64,000 bases of DNA from Octopus vulgaris (lineage: Eukaryota), in NCBI GenBank assembly GCA_951406725.2, contig OX597834.1:39432001-39496000 (forward strand), given 5' to 3'. Position 1 is the stretch's first letter; each line of letters opens with the position of its first letter. Shown here in pieces: positions 59,682-64,000 of this stretch. The notes below the pieces were generated by a model, which was given only the letters and a program-made list of their open reading frames with translations, was not told where the DNA came from and did no database searches. The translations under genes and the position numbers were made by a program.

Positions 59682-60255
59682 CTCTTTAACTAATCACAGC
59701 TTATGAGGTGCGGCCATGCTGTGGCACCACGATTAGCATTACTACACCTTCTCTATTCGAAACATCCTCTGAAATGTAGCAGATTGCGGTTATGGGTGAG
59801 TTTCACGTTGCGGCACTCATCTACATCTCTTGTGCGGTAGGTTCATCCGGAGCTCTTGGCAGGAAGAGATCCAGCTTTCTTTTGAAGACACCTACGCCCA
59901 TCCCATGTAGATGTAGAGGCGCATGGCTTGGTGGTTAGGAGTGTTGAATTTCCCGATCGTGAGATTGAGGCTTCGATTCTTGGGTCGGGCGACGCGTTGT
60001 GTTCTTGAGCAAAACACTTCATTTCACGTTGCTCCAGTCCACTCAGCTGGCAAAAATGAGTAACCTTGCGACAGGTGGGGGAACTTATACGCCATGGAAA
60101 CCGGGAAAGCGGCCCTTATGGGTCGGTATGACTCGAGAAGTTACCTTTACCTTCATCCCATGCAAGCCTCTCAGGCTTTTTGCAAAGATCTTGAAGAGCT
60201 GTGGACCCTTGAGACCCAACCTCTTGCAGTATCTGGTCTTGTATCATGATGGCAA
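59682..60255 (-). mobile_element. CR1/L2-group LINE 3' end, split by a SINE insertion
   Basis: Removing the SINE restores YKTRYCKRLGLKGPQLFKIFAKSLRGLHGMGVGVFKRKLDLFLPRAPDEP, matching the CR1-type C-terminal motif G..LFN.LP..LR......FK.KLD.FL..VPDEP. A 3' UTR follows. Confidence 0.8.
59917..60153 (+). mobile_element. SINE family C variant with a target-site duplication
   Basis: tRNA head AGGCGCATGGCTTGGTGGTTAG, core GTGTTCTTGAGCAAAACACTT. CATCCCATG is duplicated at 59899-59907 and 60154-60162. Confidence 0.88.
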
Positions 60256-60266
60256 TATGTGTATAT

Positions 60267-60432
60267 AGGCGCAGGAGTGGCTGTGTGGTAAGTAGCCTGC
60301 TTACCAACCACATGGTTCCGGGTTCAGTCCCACTGCGTGGCACTTTGGGCAAGTGTCTTCTACTATGGCCTCGGGCCGACCAAAGCCTTGTGAGTGGATT
60401 TGGTAAACGGAAACTGAAAGAATCCTGTCGTA
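60267..60432 (+). mobile_element. SINE family B, 5' half, young
   Basis: AGGCGCAGGAGTGGCTGTGTGGTAAG...GGAAACTGAAAGAATCCTGTCG, then (TG)n. Confidence 0.92.
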
Positions 60433-60442
60433 TATATGTATT

Positions 60443-60495
<53 letters not shown>

Positions 60496-60999
60496 ATATA
60501 ATGATTGCCGTCTCCTTGTTCCCCCTCGTTGTCAATAGCATTTCAGACTTTCCGTCCTTCACCACCCAGATGACTGTTCACTTCCACTGCAGGTCTGCAT
60601 GGATTGAAGCAACGGTGACAGACGAATGTTATAACTTACTGTGCGCTTCCAACTGTTTAACCCTGCACAAATTGCCCCTTTTTTTCATTACCATAGCAAC
60701 TTTCAGTCGATCGAATGACCAGTGAGGTCATCATAAATAGCCACCTGTACCTCATTGACTTTTAGTGATACACGCTTGTGCAACGAAAGTACGACTCTCA
60801 GAGCCTCTGAGATTAATATCTAGTGACAGGCCGAAGCGAGATGACCAGTGTTACTACTCTGGGTTAGAGTAGAAACCGGGAACAACAAAGGTTCAGAATT
60901 GGTTCTACACTCCTCAATATCCTGGAACTCCTGGATCAAGGCCCCATAACTGGATGCAATTTGGAGTCATACCAAGAACATACATACATACACACACAA

Positions 61000-61036
<37 letters not shown>

Positions 61037-61046
61037 TATATATACT

Positions 61047-61139
<93 letters not shown>

Positions 61140-61142
<3 letters not shown>

Positions 61143-61336
61143 ACCGTTGGCGATTTTTTTCCTCCGTCTTCTCTTCTCTGGATCTTTCCTTTTCCTATGT
61201 TTCTGACGAAGAGCTCGGCTCGAAACGTTAAACCCTCCTTCTTCCCTTCCTTCCTGAGCGTCCAATAATACTATATTTGTTTCACGTCCTCGCGTTGTTG
61301 TGTTTTCTCTTCGTGTTTTCATGTTTGGATTAACTT

Positions 61337-61338
<2 letters not shown>
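61140..61338 (+). mobile_element. Penelope-like short element inserted in (TA)n
   Basis: About 200-bp pyrimidine-rich element with (TA)n on both sides, homologous to 36360-36548, containing a hammerhead motif. Confidence 0.75.
61199..61233 (+). ncRNA. Minimal type I hammerhead ribozyme motif with intact core
   Basis: GTTT-CTGACGA-A-GAGC-TCG-GCTC-GAAA-CG-TT-AAAC: helix I GUUU/AAAC, core CUGACGA and GAAA, helix II GAGC/GCUC, palindromic ACGU helix III. Predicted cleavage is after GUU (61229). Confidence 0.75.
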
Positions 61339-61339
<1 letters not shown>

Positions 61340-61409
<70 letters not shown>

Positions 61410-61492
61410 TGTATGTATGTATGTATGTATGTATATATGCACAAACACACTCACATATATATATATATGCTATATATGCATACATACATACA

Positions 61493-61523
<31 letters not shown>

Positions 61524-62164
61524 GTATATGTGCACGTGTATATACGTTCATGAGTATATTTTGTATACATGCATGTATGTCATATATATATATGTGTGTA
61601 TGTATATATATATATATATATATAAACACATGTATACATATTTATATCTAGCTACATATATACGAATATGTATGTATATATGCACGTATAAGTACGCGTG
61701 TTACAATACACATCATATTTGATATTATTTGATATACAAACATAAAAAAGGATCATTTGCAAAAAGCCAACATTCTTATATATTTTGCGTTTTTAATGGA
61801 GTTATGGGGTTTTGTCCCCTATTTAATGGCGGTGGAGGGTGTCTATCCTCCCTTTAATGGCTATATAGGGTTCTGTCCCAACCCTCTCTTCTTTTCTTAA
61901 TTTTCTTCTTATTCTTTCTTGTTGAGGTTCGACTTTAGATTTGCTTGTTTTTTTTTTAACTTTTTTTTAAAGTTTTTTTTTATAGTTGCTGCTGTTGTTG
62001 TGGATGTCTCATATTATTGCTATATTGATGTTGCGGTTTTGTTTATATAGACACACACACATACACATACACCACAACACAGACATAGACACACACACAT
62101 TCACAAATTTATGCACACACGAAATTGCATATACATAATTATGAATGGACATGTATGCACATAC

Positions 62165-62223
<59 letters not shown>

Positions 62224-62459
62224 TATACATACATATACCTATATATATATTGATGTATGTATGTATATATATATATATCTGTGTATATATATATGTAGAT
62301 GTATATATATGTATATATATATATATGTGTGTATTTTTATGTATATATATATATATATATATCCGTTGTTCCATAACTGAAACAAAACAAAAGCTATTAT
62401 ACACACACACTGAAACATAATTATATGTACGTATATATATATATATACGCATGTATGTT

Positions 62460-62504
<45 letters not shown>

Positions 62505-63899
62505 ATATACATACATACATACATACATATATGCGTACATATATACATACATATATACATGCGTACATATGTACATACATACATATATGCATACATATAT
62601 GCATACATACATACATACATACATTCATGCATACATACATACATACATACATACATACATACATACATACATACATACATACATACATACATACATACAT
62701 ACATACATACATACATACATACATACATACATACATACATACATACATACATACATACATACACTCACACATACATACATATATACATGCATACATACAT
62801 ACATACATACACACATACATACATACATACATTCATACATACATACAAGCATCGTCGCCACCGCAAACATCATCACCTGAATCACCATCACCACGATCGT
62901 CAGCATCATTCCTGCACCACTGCCACCACAAACACAAACCTCATCACCACCATCGTCATCACCATCAAAGTTTCCATCATCAACGCCACCTTCACGACAA
63001 CCACCACCACCATCAACAACCATCATCAACAACAACAACAACAACCAAGTCGCATCAGAATGACTACGATTTATCAGACTCCCGCTCCACCTCTTCCTGT
63101 TTGGTAGTTTCAGGAATTCTGTCCCTTTGCTCGTTCAGACACTGAATGTTCATTAGCACTGTGTCGATTTTTGCTCTCATTACCGTTCTGGCTTCAATTA
63201 ACGAAAAAGGACGAGAATTATTTTCCTTCCATTTTCTCGGATATGTTCGCCTGGACTTAACTATAACATCTTCATGCAGAAGGTGCACCAGAGAAATTTC
63301 CCAATGTTATTATTACAACTTCCACAATTACTGCAAGAAATATATAAATAAACGTGATGGGTGATTGAGATGGTGGTGGAGGTGGTGGTGGTGGTGGCGG
63401 TGGTGGTGGTGGTGGTGGTGGTGGTGATGGTGGTGGTCATGGAGGTGGTAGTGGTGGTTGTGATGGTTACAGTGATGGTGATGGTGGTGGTGATGGTTAT
63501 GCTGTTGGTTATGGTGGTGGTAGAGGTGGTAGTGGGTGGTGGAGGTGGTGGTGGAGGTGGTGGTGGTGGTGGTGGTGGATGTATCAATGGTAGCGATGGT
63601 GATGATAATGGCGGCAAAGGTGGAGATTGTAGTGATGGTGGTGATGGTGGGGGAAGGTTTGCTAGTGACGATGATAGTGATGGTGAAGGTGATGGTGATG
63701 ATAGCGGTGATGGTGTTGGTGGTAGTGATAGTGATGGTGGTCATGTGCTGGGTGTGTTTTCTTCTAATGTTGAAATTATTTCGGTATTTGTTTTATGGTA
63801 TTAGTTCCCCTCCTTTTAACAGTGGACGAAAGCGTAGGGGCTATGCATACGCATGTCTATATATATATACATACATACCTACGTACACACATACGTACA

Positions 63900-63935
<36 letters not shown>

Positions 63936-64000
63936 TGTGTGTGTGTGTATGTATATATATGTGTGTGTATATATACATTTATGTATATATATACATATAT
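61340..64000. repeat. Compound TA/TATG/CATA/(CAC)n/(GGT)n microsatellite field with a unique island at about 63045-63360
   Basis: Direct inspection. Confidence 0.85.

Overview
Animal (not prokaryotic) genomic DNA. It is most likely from an octopus (coleoid cephalopod), inferred from the extreme microsatellite load and the tRNA-headed SINE families; the species cannot be fixed from sequence alone. There is a 100-N scaffold gap at 1078-1177. No intact host protein-coding gene is recognisable: nearly every ORF in the track is a translated microsatellite, and the rest are transposon remnants or have no homologue I recognise. The window consists of: (i) roughly half simple repeats; (ii) at least four tRNA-derived SINE families, labelled A-D here, with modular tails; (iii) remnants of mariner, DD37D/maT-type Tc1-mariner and hAT-Charlie DNA transposons, and of R4/Dong-type, RTE, Tx1/L1 and CR1-like LINEs; (iv) short Penelope-type fragments carrying minimal hammerhead ribozyme motifs, one with an intact core at 61199-61233; (v) three degenerate minisatellites with 28, 14 and 29 bp units, the 14-bp one apparently derived from the last codons of an R4/Dong retrotransposon; (vi) several long hairpins; (vii) short islands of unique sequence that could be cis-regulatory. 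The whole reads as a gene desert or a very large intron. All family names come from motif recognition, not database searches.
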